64,000 nt of DNA from NCBI RefSeq assembly GCF_003334405.1, contig NZ_QOWM01000001.1; one strand, given 5' to 3'. The notes beneath the pieces were generated by a model that had not been told where the DNA came from, did not search any database, and worked only from the letters and a program-made list of their open reading frames with translations. The DNA comes from Escherichia coli (lineage in GTDB: Bacteria; Pseudomonadota; Gammaproteobacteria; Enterobacterales; Enterobacteriaceae). Position numbers and translations under genes: made by a program. Shown piece by piece: positions 40,792-51,610 of the stretch; position 1 is the stretch's first letter; every line of letters starts with the position of its first letter.

Positions 40792-42045
40792 ATGTTAAAG
40801 CGTGAAATGAACATTGCCGATTATGATGCCGAACTGTGGCAGGCTATGGAGCAGGAAAAAGTACGTCAGGAAGAGCACATCGAACTGATCGCCTCCGAAA
40901 ACTACACCAGCCCGCGCGTAATGCAGGCGCAGGGTTCTCAGCTGACCAACAAATATGCTGAAGGTTATCCGGGCAAACGCTACTACGGCGGTTGCGAGTA
41001 TGTTGATATCGTTGAACAACTGGCGATCGATCGTGCGAAAGAACTGTTCGGCGCTGACTACGCTAACGTCCAGCCGCACTCCGGCTCCCAGGCTAACTTT
41101 GCGGTCTACACCGCGCTGCTGGAACCAGGTGATACCGTTCTGGGTATGAACCTGGCGCATGGCGGTCACCTGACTCACGGTTCTCCGGTTAACTTCTCCG
41201 GTAAACTGTACAACATCGTTCCTTACGGTATCGATGCTACCGGTCATATCGACTACGCCGATCTGGAAAAACAAGCCAAAGAACACAAGCCGAAAATGAT
41301 TATCGGTGGTTTCTCTGCATATTCCGGCGTGGTGGACTGGGCGAAAATGCGTGAAATCGCTGACAGCATCGGTGCTTACCTGTTCGTTGATATGGCGCAC
41401 GTTGCGGGCCTGGTTGCTGCTGGCGTCTACCCGAACCCGGTTCCTCATGCTCACGTTGTTACTACCACCACTCACAAAACCCTGGCGGGTCCGCGCGGCG
41501 GCCTGATCCTGGCGAAAGGTGGTAGCGAAGAGCTGTACAAAAAACTGAACTCTGCCGTTTTCCCTGGTGGTCAGGGCGGTCCGTTGATGCACGTAATCGC
41601 CGGTAAAGCGGTTGCTCTGAAAGAAGCGATGGAGCCTGAGTTCAAAACTTACCAGCAGCAGGTCGCTAAAAACGCTAAAGCGATGGTAGAAGTGTTCCTC
41701 GAGCGCGGCTACAAAGTGGTTTCCGGCGGCACTGATAACCACCTGTTCCTGGTTGATCTGGTTGATAAAAACCTGACCGGTAAAGAAGCAGACGCCGCTC
41801 TGGGCCGTGCTAACATCACCGTCAACAAAAACAGCGTACCGAACGATCCGAAGAGCCCGTTTGTGACCTCCGGTATTCGTGTAGGTACTCCGGCGATTAC
41901 CCGTCGCGGCTTTAAAGAAGCCGAAGCGAAAGAACTGGCTGGCTGGATGTGTGACGTGCTGGACAGCATCAATGATGAAGCCGTTATCGAGCGCATCAAA
42001 GGTAAAGTTCTCGACATCTGCGCACGTTACCCGGTTTACGCATAA
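40792..42045 (+). CDS. glyA: serine hydroxymethyltransferase
   Basis: 417 aa from [22 protein letters not shown]...; PLP-lysine motif TTTTHKTL. Confidence 0.98.
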
Positions 42046-42084
42046 GCGAAACGGTGATTTGCTGTCAATGTGCTCGTTGTTCAT

Positions 42085-42182
42085 GCCGGATGCGGCGTGA
42101 ACGCCTTATCCGGCCTACAAAACTTTGCAAATTCAATATATTGCAATCTCCGTGTAGGCCTGATAAGCGTAGCGCATCAGGC
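42085..42182. repeat. BIME: two inverted REP elements
   Basis: Same REP sequences as at 11919-12016, inverted pair; followed by hairpin aaggcttcc-ttcg-ggaagcctt at 42204-42225. Confidence 0.85.
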
Positions 42183-42242
42183 AATTTTTCGTTTATGATC
42201 ATCAAGGCTTCCTTCGGGAAGCCTTTCTACGTTATCGCGCCA

Positions 42243-43436
42243 TCAAATCTGTCGTAACTGCGCCTCAACATACAAATAGCCAATTCCCAGCACCTGTTGT
42301 GCGCGGCTTAATTGCCCAAAGCCAATTTGCGTCGCTTTCACGCTCGGTCCTTCGTCGCGGTCGAACGGGTTAAATCCTGTCTGGCGAATAATAGTATTAA
42401 GCCAGTTCTCACCAAAGGCACAACTGCGACCGTACAACCAAATCTGATTAATATTGAGGATGTTGAGGAAGTTATACAGACTCAAACCAATGGCATTGGC
42501 AGAGCGATCAACCCAGCTGGTGATCCACGGTTCTCCACTTTGCCAGGCAGCGATTAACTGCGCTGTAGTCAGTTTTTCAGGATCAAGTTGAGTACTAACC
42601 GGTTGTGATTTTAGCCATACCCGCGCCTGTTTTTTTAATGCGCTTAACGAGGCGACGGTTTCCAGGCAGCCATAACGTCCACAGTCGCAGACGACGCCAT
42701 CCGGATTAACGATGGTGTGACCAATCTGTCCGCTACCATACAAACTGCCGCGATAAATTTGCTCGTTAATCACGAACGACGAGCCAATGCCGTAATCAAC
42801 GTTGATCACGCAGAAATCCCGTTCCTGCGAATTATTTTGCCATTTCTCCGCCAGCGCCAGCATCACGCAGTCATTATCGACCATCACCCGAATGCCGAGC
42901 TTCTCTTCCAGCAGATATTTCACCTCCACCGGCGTTGTCCACGGCGCTTGCGGCATGGTTTGCGACACGCCGGTCACAGGATCAACCTGACCGTGGATTG
43001 CCAACGCCAGGTTGATGGTATGGTCCGGCCACAATTTACGGTGGCGATGCCAGCATTTTTCGATTTCGGACAGCAGCGCCTGCGGCGTCGGTGCATCAAT
43101 CTGTAAATACTCAAATTCACCTTTCGGACTTAAACAAGCATTAGCAACCTGACACTCAATACTGGTGGGCGTCACGTTCAGGCACAGCGTCCAGTCACCT
43201 TCCGGCGCAATCAGCCATGTACCGCTACTATGCCCGCGCGTCTGGCTTTCATCGTCAATATTCACCACCCGTTTTTCGCTTTCCAGTTCCTGCAAAATAT
43301 TACTGACTGCCGGAATCGAAATTTGCGCCAGCCGGGCCAGCGTTGATTTATTGGCGCGCTTTTGCCGGTACAGCAGTTCCAGAATCACGCATTTGTTATG
43401 GTGGCGAATCTGTTGATTATTAATGCAGGCTCTCAT
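42243..43436 (-). CDS. yphH: ROK-family (NagC/Mlc-like) transcriptional regulator
   Basis: 397 aa from MRACINNQQIRHHNKCVILELL...; N-terminal HTH, ROK sugar-kinase-like fold with CxCGxxGC motif. Confidence 0.88.
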   Translation of the reverse strand: MRACINNQQIRHHNKCVILELLYRQKRANKSTLARLAQISIPAVSNILQELESEKRVVNIDDESQTRGHSSGTWLIAPEGDWTLCLNVTPTSIECQVANACLSPKGEFEYLQIDAPTPQALLSEIEKCWHRHRKLWPDHTINLALAIHGQVDPVTGVSQTMPQAPWTTPVEVKYLLEEKLGIRVMVDNDCVMLALAEKWQNNSQERDFCVINVDYGIGSSFVINEQIYRGSLYGSGQIGHTIVNPDGVVCDCGRYGCLETVASLSALKKQARVWLKSQPVSTQLDPEKLTTAQLIAAWQSGEPWITSWVDRSANAIGLSLYNFLNILNINQIWLYGRSCAFGENWLNTIIRQTGFNPFDRDEGPSVKATQIGFGQLSRAQQVLGIGYLYVEAQLRQI

Positions 43437-43553
43437 CTTCACTAAACCTTGTTTAGTTAATTGCGTGATTATTCCGCGAAAACATTGCCAGATTGTTCAA
43501 TACACTGCCACAAATCTTTTAATTCAGTATGTCTTGTTAATATTGAGGGCACC

Positions 43554-46500
43554 ATGACTCCAGTAAAAGTGTGGCAAGAGCGCGTTGAGATCCCGACCTA
43601 TGAAACCGGGCCGCAGGATATACATCCCATGTTCCTGGAAAATCGCGTTTATCAGGGATCGTCCGGCGCGGTTTATCCCTACGGCGTGACCGATACGCTG
43701 AGCGAGCAGAAAACCCTGAAATCCTGGCAGGCGGTGTGGCTGGAAAACGACTACATCAAAGTGATGATCCTGCCGGAACTGGGCGGTCGGGTGCATCGCG
43801 CGTGGGATAAAGTGAAACAGCGCGATTTTGTTTATCACAATGAAGTCATTAAACCTGCGCTGGTGGGGCTGCTGGGGCCGTGGATTTCCGGTGGGATTGA
43901 GTTTAACTGGCCGCAACATCATCGCCCGACCACCTTTATGCCCGTTGATTTCACCCTCGAAGCCCATGAAGACGGTGCACAGACGGTGTGGGTAGGCGAA
44001 ACGGAGCCGATGCATGGTTTACAGGTGATGACAGGTTTCACCCTGCGCCCTGACCGGGCGGCGCTGGAAATCGCCAGCCGCGTCTATAACGGGAACGCCA
44101 CGCCGCGTCATTTCTTGTGGTGGGCCAACCCGGCAGTGAAAGGGGGGGAAGGGCATCAGAGCGTCTTCCCGCCGGATGTAACGGCGGTGTTTGATCACGG
44201 CAAACGGGCCGTCTCCGCTTTCCCCATCGCTACCGGCACTTACTACAAAGTGGACTACTCCGCTGGAGTGGACATTTCTCGCTATAAAAATGTGCCTGTT
44301 CCAACCTCATATATGGCCGAAAAATCGCAGTACGATTTTGTCGGCGCGTGGTGTCACGATGAAGATGGCGGTTTGCTGCACGTTGCCAACCACCATATTG
44401 CGCCAGGTAAAAAACAGTGGAGTTGGGGACACAGTGAATTTGGCCAGGCGTGGGATAAGAGTCTGACCGACAATAACGGCCCGTATATCGAACTGATGAC
44501 CGGTATTTTTGCCGATAACCAGCCCGATTTTACCTGGCTTGATGCTTACGAAGAGAAGCGTTTTGAGCAGTATTTCCTGCCTTATCATTCTTTGGGCATG
44601 GTGCAAAATGCCTCCCGCGATGCGGTGATAAAACTCCAGCGTAGTAAGCGGGGGATTGAGTGGGGGCTGTATGCCATCTCTCCGTTGAACGGATACCGCC
44701 TGGCGATCCGCGAAATCGGTAAATGCAACGCGTTACTTGATGATGCCGTGGCACTGATGCCTGCGACCGCCATCCAGGGCGTGTTGCACGGTATCAATCC
44801 TGAAAGGCTGACCATTGAGCTCTCCGATGCCGACGGCAATATTGTACTGAGTTATCAGGAACATCAGCCGCAAGCGTTGCCGTTACCGGACGTCGCCAAA
44901 GCGCCACTGGCAGCACAAGACATTACCAGTACAGATGAAGCCTGGTTTATCGGTCAGCATCTGGAGCAATATCATCACGCCAGCCGTTCACCGTTCGATT
45001 ACTACCTGCGCGGCGTGGCGCTGGACCCGCTGGATTATCGCTGTAACCTGGCGCTGGCGATGCTGGAATATAACCGCGCAGATTTCCCGCAAGCGGTGGC
45101 GTATGCCACTCAGGCTCTGAAACGCGCACATTCGCTGAACAAAAATCCGCAGTGCGGACAGGCGAGTTTGATTCGCGCCAGTGCTTACGAACGTCAGGGA
45201 CAATATCAACAAGCCGAAGAGGATTTCTGGCGTGCGGTCTGGAGCGGCAACAGCAAAGCCGGTGGCTATTATGGCCTGGCACGACTGGCGGCGCGTAATG
45301 GTAACTTCGACGCTGGTCTGGATTTTTGCCAACAAAGTCTTCGCGCCTGCCCAACCAATCAGGAAGTGCTTTGCCTGCATAATCTGCTGCTGGTGTTAAG
45401 TGGTCGTCAGGACAACGCGCGTGTGCAGCGCGAGAAACTGCTGCGCGATTATCCGCTGAACGCCACTCTGTGGTGGCTGAACTGGTTCGATGGTCGTAGC
45501 GAATCAGCTCTCGCGCAGTGGCGCGGTCTGTGTCAGGGACGCGACGTTAACGCCCTGATGACCGCCGGGCAACTGATTAACTGGGGAATGCCCACCCTGG
45601 CGGCAGAGATGCTGAACGCACTGGACTGCCAGCGCACGCTGCCGCTTTACCTGCAAGCCAGCTTGCTGCCGAAAGCCGAACGTGGCGAACTGGTCGCAAA
45701 AGCCATTGATGTCTTCCCGCAGTTTGTCCGTTTCCCGAATACGCTGGAAGAAGTGGCGGCGCTGGAGAGTATTGAAGAGTGCTGGTTTGCTCGCCATTTA
45801 CTAGCTTGCTTCTACTACAACAAACGTAGCTACAACAAAGCCATTGCCTTTTGGCAACGTTGCGTAGAGATGTCGCCGGAGTTTGCCGACGGCTGGCGCG
45901 GGTTAGCGATCCATGCGTGGAATAAGCAACACGATTATGAGCTGGCCGCGCGTTATCTTGATAATGCTTATCAGCTTGCGCCGCAGGATGCACGTCTGCT
46001 TTTCGAACGGGATTTGCTGGATAAGTTAAGTGGAGCCACACCGGAGAAACGACTGGCGCGTCTGGAAAATAATCTGGAAATTGCGCTGAAACGCGACGAC
46101 ATGACCGCAGAACTGCTCAATTTGTGGCATCTCACGGGTCAGGCAGACAAAGCGGCGGACATTCTCGCCACGCGCAAATTCCACCCGTGGGAAGGCGGGG
46201 AAGGGAAGGTCACCAGTCAGTTTATCCTCAACCAGTTATTACGCGCCTGGCAGCATCTTGATGCCAGACAGCCGCAGCAGGCCTGCGAACTGCTTCATGC
46301 CGCGCTGCATTATCCGGAGAATTTAAGCGAAGGCCGTTTACCGGGGCAAACTGATAACGACATCTGGTTCTGGCAGGCGATATGCGCCAACGCGCAGGGC
46401 GATGAAACTGAAGCGACGCGTTGTTTACGTCTGGCGGCGACCGGCGATCGCACTATTAACATTCACAGTTATTACAACGATCAGCCGGTTGATTATCTCT

Positions 46501-46835
46501 TCTGGCAAGGGATGGCGCTGCGACTGCTGGGCGAACAACAAACCGCACAGCAACTGTTTAGTGAAATGAAACAGTGGGCGCAAGAGATGGCGAAAACCAG
46601 TATCGAAGCGGATTTCTTTGCCGTCTCGCAACCTGACTTGTTGTCGCTGTATGGCGATTTACAACAGCAGCATAAAGAAAAATGCCTGATGGTGGCGATG
46701 CTGGCGTCCGCGGGACTCGGGGAGGTTGCGCAATATGAGTCTGCTCGCGCTGAATTGACGGCGATTAATCCGGCTTGGCCGAAAGCGGCATTATTCACCA
46801 CCGTGATGCCTTTTATTTTTAACCGCGTTCACTAA
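43554..46835 (+). CDS. yphG: large uncharacterised protein, N-terminal domain of unknown function plus C-terminal TPR repeats
   Basis: 1093 aa from MTPVKVWQERVEIPTY... at ATG 43554 with GAGGG Shine-Dalgarno; track ORF from TTG 43461 gives 1124 aa; start uncertain. Confidence 0.82.
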   Translation: MTPVKVWQERVEIPTYETGPQDIHPMFLENRVYQGSSGAVYPYGVTDTLSEQKTLKSWQAVWLENDYIKVMILPELGGRVHRAWDKVKQRDFVYHNEVIKPALVGLLGPWISGGIEFNWPQHHRPTTFMPVDFTLEAHEDGAQTVWVGETEPMHGLQVMTGFTLRPDRAALEIASRVYNGNATPRHFLWWANPAVKGGEGHQSVFPPDVTAVFDHGKRAVSAFPIATGTYYKVDYSAGVDISRYKNVPVPTSYMAEKSQYDFVGAWCHDEDGGLLHVANHHIAPGKKQWSWGHSEFGQAWDKSLTDNNGPYIELMTGIFADNQPDFTWLDAYEEKRFEQYFLPYHSLGMVQNASRDAVIKLQRSKRGIEWGLYAISPLNGYRLAIREIGKCNALLDDAVALMPATAIQGVLHGINPERLTIELSDADGNIVLSYQEHQPQALPLPDVAKAPLAAQDITSTDEAWFIGQHLEQYHHASRSPFDYYLRGVALDPLDYRCNLALAMLEYNRADFPQAVAYATQALKRAHSLNKNPQCGQASLIRASAYERQGQYQQAEEDFWRAVWSGNSKAGGYYGLARLAARNGNFDAGLDFCQQSLRACPTNQEVLCLHNLLLVLSGRQDNARVQREKLLRDYPLNATLWWLNWFDGRSESALAQWRGLCQGRDVNALMTAGQLINWGMPTLAAEMLNALDCQRTLPLYLQASLLPKAERGELVAKAIDVFPQFVRFPNTLEEVAALESIEECWFARHLLACFYYNKRSYNKAIAFWQRCVEMSPEFADGWRGLAIHAWNKQHDYELAARYLDNAYQLAPQDARLLFERDLLDKLSGATPEKRLARLENNLEIALKRDDMTAELLNLWHLTGQADKAADILATRKFHPWEGGEGKVTSQFILNQLLRAWQHLDARQPQQACELLHAALHYPENLSEGRLPGQTDNDIWFWQAICANAQGDETEATRCLRLAATGDRTINIHSYYNDQPVDYLFWQGMALRLLGEQQTAQQLFSEMKQWAQEMAKTSIEADFFAVSQPDLLSLYGDLQQQHKEKCLMVAMLASAGLGEVAQYESARAELTAINPAWPKAALFTTVMPFIFNRVH

Positions 46836-46931
46836 ACCCTATTAACTGTAATATTTGAGCGGCACGCGCTGCCGCTCATCACAAAATAATTAGAATAAGC
46901 CGTTGTTAATAAAAACCCTACAGGAGGCTCT

Positions 46932-47915
46932 ATGCCTACAAAAATGAGAACAACCCGTAATCTATTATTAATGGCTACGCTATTAGGTAGCGCACTATTT
47001 GCCAGGGCTGCGGAAAAAGAAATGACCATTGGCGCAATATACCTTGATACTCAGGGATACTACGCTGGAGTGCGTCAGGGCGTTCAGGATGCGGCAAAAG
47101 ATTCCTCAGTACAAGTTCAGTTAATAGAAACTAACGCCCAGGGTGATATTTCGAAAGAAAGTACCTTTGTTGATACCCTCGTGGCGCGTAATGTCGATGC
47201 CATTATTTTATCGGCAGTGTCTGAAAATGGCAGTAGCCGTACCGTTCGTCGCGCCAGTGAAGCGGGCATTCCGGTGATTTGCTACAACACCTGTATTAAT
47301 CAAAAGGGGGTCGATAAATATGTCTCGGCGTATCTGGTCGCCGATCCGCTGGAATTTGGTAAAAAACTGGGTAACGCTGCCGCTGATTATTTTATTGCCA
47401 ATAAAATTGACCAGCCGAAAATTGCCGTCATCAATTGCGAAGCCTTTGAAGTTTGTGTGCAGCGACGTAAAGGATTTGAAGAAGTTTTAAAATCCCGCGT
47501 TCCCGGCGCGCAAATTGTCGCTAATCAGGAAGGGACTGTTTTAGATAAAGCGATTTCCGTTGGTGAAAAACTAATTATCTCCACGCCGGATCTCAACGCC
47601 ATTATGGGGGAATCGGGCGGTGCGACACTCGGCGCGGTAAAAGCGGTACGTAATCAAAATCAGGCCGGAAAAATTGCTGTTTTCGGTTCGGATATGACAA
47701 CCGAAATTGCTCAGGAGCTGGAAAACAATCAGGTGCTGAAAGCGGTAGTGGATATTTCCGGTAAGAAAATGGGCAATGCTGTTTTCGCGCAAACATTGAA
47801 GGTTATCAATAAACAAGCCGACGGTGAAAAAGTGATTCAGGTGCCTATCGATCTCTATACCAAAACGGAAGACGGTAAACAGTGGCTGGCAACGCACGTT
47901 GATGGTCTGCCCTAA
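46932..47915 (+). CDS. yphF: ABC transporter periplasmic sugar-binding protein
   Basis: 327 aa with signal peptide; ribose/galactose-binding-protein-like. Confidence 0.88.
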   Translation: MPTKMRTTRNLLLMATLLGSALFARAAEKEMTIGAIYLDTQGYYAGVRQGVQDAAKDSSVQVQLIETNAQGDISKESTFVDTLVARNVDAIILSAVSENGSSRTVRRASEAGIPVICYNTCINQKGVDKYVSAYLVADPLEFGKKLGNAAADYFIANKIDQPKIAVINCEAFEVCVQRRKGFEEVLKSRVPGAQIVANQEGTVLDKAISVGEKLIISTPDLNAIMGESGGATLGAVKAVRNQNQAGKIAVFGSDMTTEIAQELENNQVLKAVVDISGKKMGNAVFAQTLKVINKQADGEKVIQVPIDLYTKTEDGKQWLATHVDGLP

Positions 47916-47937
47916 TCGCTGATTCGCAGAGGTCCCT

Positions 47938-49449
47938 ATGTTCACGGCAACAGAGGCAGTCCCGGTAGCAAAAGTGGTGGCAGGAAATAAGCGTTATCCC
48001 GGCGTCGTTGCGCTGGATAACGTTAACTTCACGCTCAATAAAGGCGAAGTTCGTGCGCTGTTAGGTAAAAACGGCGCGGGCAAATCGACTCTCATTCGAA
48101 TGCTTACCGGCAGCGAACGCCCGGATAGCGGTGATATCTGGATTGGCGAGACGCGACTGGAAGGTGACGAAGCTACGCTGACTCGCCGTGCCGCTGAACT
48201 GGGGGTGCGCGCGGTTTATCAGGAGTTAAGTCTGGTGGAAGGGCTGACAGTGGCGGAAAACCTCTGCCTCGGTCAGTGGCCCCGCCGCAACGGCATGATT
48301 GATTACCTGCAAATGGCGCAGGATGCCCAACGTTGCTTACAGGCGCTGGGCGTTGACGTTAGTCCTGAACAACTTGTTTCAACGCTAAGCCCGGCGCAAA
48401 AGCAGCTGGTGGAAATTGCGCGGGTGATGAAGGGCGAGCCGCGCGTGGTCATTCTTGATGAACCTACCAGTTCGCTTGCGAGTGCGGAAGTTGAACTGGT
48501 GATCAGCGCGGTGAAAAAGATGTCGGCACTGGGCGTGGCGGTGATTTATGTCAGCCACCGGATGGAAGAAATTCGCCGCATTGCCTCCTGTGCCACCGTT
48601 ATGCGCGATGGTCAGGTGGCGGGCGATGTGATGCTCGAAAACACCTCCACGCATCATATTGTGTCGCTGATGCTCGGGCGCGATCACGTTGATATTGCGC
48701 CGGTAGCCCCTCAGGAAATTGTGGATCAGGCCGTGCTGGAAGTCCGTGCGTTACGCCATAAGCCCAAGCTGGAGGATATCAGTTTTACGCTACGTCGTGG
48801 CGAAGTGCTCGGCATTGCTGGTCTGCTGGGGGCAGGGCGCAGTGAATTGCTGAAGGCGATTGTTGGGCTGGAGGAGTATGAACAGGGCGAAATTGTTATC
48901 AACGGCGAGAAAATCACGCGCCCCGATTACGGCGACATGCTGAAACGCGGCATTGGCTATACGCCAGAAAACCGCAAAGAAGCGGGGATCATTCCCTGGT
49001 TGGGCGTTGACGAAAATACAGTGCTGACCAATCGGCAAAAAATCAGCGCCAACGGTGTGCTGCAATGGTCCACCATCCGCCGCCTGACCGAAGAGGTGAT
49101 GCAGCGGATGACGGTCAAGGCCGCCAGTAGCGAAACACCCATCGGCACGCTTTCTGGTGGCAATCAGCAAAAAGTGGTGATCGGTCGTTGGGTCTATGCT
49201 GCCAGCCAGATTTTGTTGCTCGACGAGCCAACGCGCGGCGTCGATATCGAAGCCAAACAGCAGATTTACCGTATTGTCCGTGAGCTGGCTGCCGAAGGAA
49301 AAAGCGTGGTGTTTATCTCCAGTGAAGTGGAGGAGTTGCCGCTGGTGTGTGACCGCATCCTGTTATTACAGCACGGCACGTTCTCGCAGGAGTTTCACGC
49401 TCCGGTCAATGTGGATGAGCTGATGTCCGCCATTCTGTCTGTGCACTGA
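47938..49449 (+). CDS. yphE: ABC transporter ATP-binding protein (duplicated ATPase, sugar-importer type)
   Basis: 503 aa; Walker A GKNGAGKST, LSGGNQQK signature. Confidence 0.9.
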   Translation: MFTATEAVPVAKVVAGNKRYPGVVALDNVNFTLNKGEVRALLGKNGAGKSTLIRMLTGSERPDSGDIWIGETRLEGDEATLTRRAAELGVRAVYQELSLVEGLTVAENLCLGQWPRRNGMIDYLQMAQDAQRCLQALGVDVSPEQLVSTLSPAQKQLVEIARVMKGEPRVVILDEPTSSLASAEVELVISAVKKMSALGVAVIYVSHRMEEIRRIASCATVMRDGQVAGDVMLENTSTHHIVSLMLGRDHVDIAPVAPQEIVDQAVLEVRALRHKPKLEDISFTLRRGEVLGIAGLLGAGRSELLKAIVGLEEYEQGEIVINGEKITRPDYGDMLKRGIGYTPENRKEAGIIPWLGVDENTVLTNRQKISANGVLQWSTIRRLTEEVMQRMTVKAASSETPIGTLSGGNQQKVVIGRWVYAASQILLLDEPTRGVDIEAKQQIYRIVRELAAEGKSVVFISSEVEELPLVCDRILLLQHGTFSQEFHAPVNVDELMSAILSVH

Positions 49450-49473
49450 TGAATTTTACCGAGGAACCTGAAG

Positions 49474-50472
49474 ATGTCTGCTTCGTCATTACCATTGCCG
49501 CAGGGCAAGAGCGTCTCGCTCAAACAATTTGTCAGTCGCCATATTAATGAGATCGGTTTGCTGGTGGTGATTGCCATTCTTTATCTGGTCTTCTCCCTGA
49601 ACGCGCCTGGCTTTATCTCATTGAATAACCAGATGAACGTGCTGCGCGATGCCGCCACCATTGGGATTGCCGCCTGGGCGATGACGCTGATTATTATCTC
49701 CGGTGAAATTGATGTCAGCGTTGGGCCGATGGTGGCTTTTGTCTCGGTGTGCCTGGCATTTTTGCTGCAATTTGAAGTTCCGCTGGCGGTGGCGTGCCTG
49801 CTGGTGTTGCTGTTAGGCGCGCTGATGGGAACGCTGGCCGGGGTGCTGCGCGGCGTGTTTAATGTACCAAGTTTCGTTGCCACACTGGGGCTGTGGAGCG
49901 CCCTGCGCGGAATGGGGCTGTTTATGACGAACGCACTGCCAGTGCCGATTGATGAAAACGAGGTGCTGGACTGGCTGGGCGGACAATTTCTCGGTGTGCC
50001 GGTATCCGCGCTGATCATGATTGTGTTGTTTGCGCTGTTTGTGTTCATCAGCCGCAAAACCGCCTTCGGGCGCTCGGTTTTTGCCGTTGGCGGTAATGCT
50101 ACGGCGGCGCAGTTGTGCGGCATCAACGTTCGTCGGGTGCGCATTCTTATCTTTACCCTTTCGGGATTATTAGCGGCGGTGACCGGCATTTTGTTGGCGG
50201 CGCGCCTCGGTTCTGGTAACGCAGGTGCCGCAAACGGTCTGGAGTTTGACGTCATCGCCGCGGTCGTGGTCGGCGGTACGGCACTTTCCGGCGGTCGCGG
50301 TTCCCTGTTCGGTACATTGCTTGGTGTGCTGGTGATTACGCTAATCGGTAACGGTCTGGTGCTGCTCGGTATTAACTCCTTTTTCCAGCAGGTGGTACGC
50401 GGCGTCATCATCGTGGTGGCGGTGCTGGCGAATATCTTGCTGACCCAGCGAAGCAGTAAAGCGAAACGCTAA
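49474..50472 (+). CDS. yphD: ABC transporter permease
   Basis: 332 aa polytopic membrane protein, RbsC-like. Confidence 0.88.
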   Translation: MSASSLPLPQGKSVSLKQFVSRHINEIGLLVVIAILYLVFSLNAPGFISLNNQMNVLRDAATIGIAAWAMTLIIISGEIDVSVGPMVAFVSVCLAFLLQFEVPLAVACLLVLLLGALMGTLAGVLRGVFNVPSFVATLGLWSALRGMGLFMTNALPVPIDENEVLDWLGGQFLGVPVSALIMIVLFALFVFISRKTAFGRSVFAVGGNATAAQLCGINVRRVRILIFTLSGLLAAVTGILLAARLGSGNAGAANGLEFDVIAAVVVGGTALSGGRGSLFGTLLGVLVITLIGNGLVLLGINSFFQQVVRGVIIVVAVLANILLTQRSSKAKR

Positions 50473-50537
50473 ACCTTAACGCCCCTGGCGCGGGTGCGGC
50501 AGGGATGAAAATTAATCGTATTGTTAATGAGGGATTT

Positions 50538-51599
50538 ATGAAAACGATGCTGGCAGCTTATTTACCAGGAAATTCGACCGTCGATCTGCGGGAAGTTGCG
50601 GTGCCGACGCCGGGGATTAACCAGGTACTGATCAAAATGAAATCCTCCGGGATTTGCGGAAGCGATGTCCACTATATCTATCATCAACACCGTGCCACAG
50701 CGGCGGCACCCGATAAACCGTTATACCAGGGCTTTATCAACGGTCATGAACCGTGCGGGCAGATTGTGGCGATGGGGCAAGGCTGCCGCCATTTTAAAGA
50801 GGGCGACCGCGTGCTGGTGTATCACATTTCTGGCTGTGGTTTTTGCCCGAACTGCCGTCGCGGTTTTCCTATTTCTTGTACTGGCGAAGGAAAAGCGGCT
50901 TACGGCTGGCAGCGTGACGGCGGTCATGCCGAATACTTGCTGGCGGAAGAAAAAGATCTGATCCTCCTGCCGGATGCGCTGAGCTACGAAGATGGTGCGT
51001 TTATCAGTTGCGGCGTTGGTACAGCGTATGAAGGAATTTTGCGCGGCGAAGTTTCCGGCAGTGATAACGTGCTGGTGGTCGGTCTGGGGCCAGTCGGCAT
51101 GATGGCGATGATGCTGGCGAAAGGTCGCGGTGCAAAACGGATCATCGGCGTTGATATGCTGCCGGAACGTCTGGCGATGGCAAAACAGTTAGGGGTGATG
51201 GATCACGGCTATTTAGCAACCACCGAAGGTCTGCCGCAGATTATCGCCGAACTCACCCACGGTGGCGCGGATGTTGCGCTCGATTGTTCCGGTAATGCCG
51301 CAGGTCGCTTGCTGGCACTGCAATCCACCGCTGACTGGGGACGGGTGGTTTACATTGGTGAAACCGGAAAAGTGGAATTCGAGGTCAGCGCCGATCTGAT
51401 GCACCATCAACGGCGGATTATCGGCTCCTGGGTGACCAGTCTGTTCCATATGGAAAAATGCGCCCATGATCTGACGGACTGGAAGCTGTGGCCGCGTAAC
51501 GCCATTACCCATCGCTTCTCGCTGGAACAGGCAGGTGATGCCTATGCGCTGATGGCGAGCGGCAAATGCGGGAAAGTTGTGATTAACTTCCCGGATTAA
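50538..51599 (+). CDS. yphC: Zn-dependent medium-chain dehydrogenase/reductase (polyol/sugar dehydrogenase-like)
   Basis: 353 aa from MKTMLAAYLPGN...; GHEPCG zinc motif; Rossmann GLGPVG. Confidence 0.88.
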   Translation: MKTMLAAYLPGNSTVDLREVAVPTPGINQVLIKMKSSGICGSDVHYIYHQHRATAAAPDKPLYQGFINGHEPCGQIVAMGQGCRHFKEGDRVLVYHISGCGFCPNCRRGFPISCTGEGKAAYGWQRDGGHAEYLLAEEKDLILLPDALSYEDGAFISCGVGTAYEGILRGEVSGSDNVLVVGLGPVGMMAMMLAKGRGAKRIIGVDMLPERLAMAKQLGVMDHGYLATTEGLPQIIAELTHGGADVALDCSGNAAGRLLALQSTADWGRVVYIGETGKVEFEVSADLMHHQRRIIGSWVTSLFHMEKCAHDLTDWKLWPRNAITHRFSLEQAGDAYALMASGKCGKVVINFPD

Positions 51600-51610
51600 G
51601 GAGTTAGCGG

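Noticed and set aside
40795-42084. 429-aa minus-strand ORF mirroring the whole of glyA
   Set aside because: Antisense shadow of glyA; glyA identity is unambiguous and the mirror ORF has no recognisable domain.
49581-50411. 276-aa minus-strand ORF inside yphD
   Set aside because: Pro/Ser/Thr/Ala-rich antisense translation of a membrane-protein gene; no ribosome-binding site.
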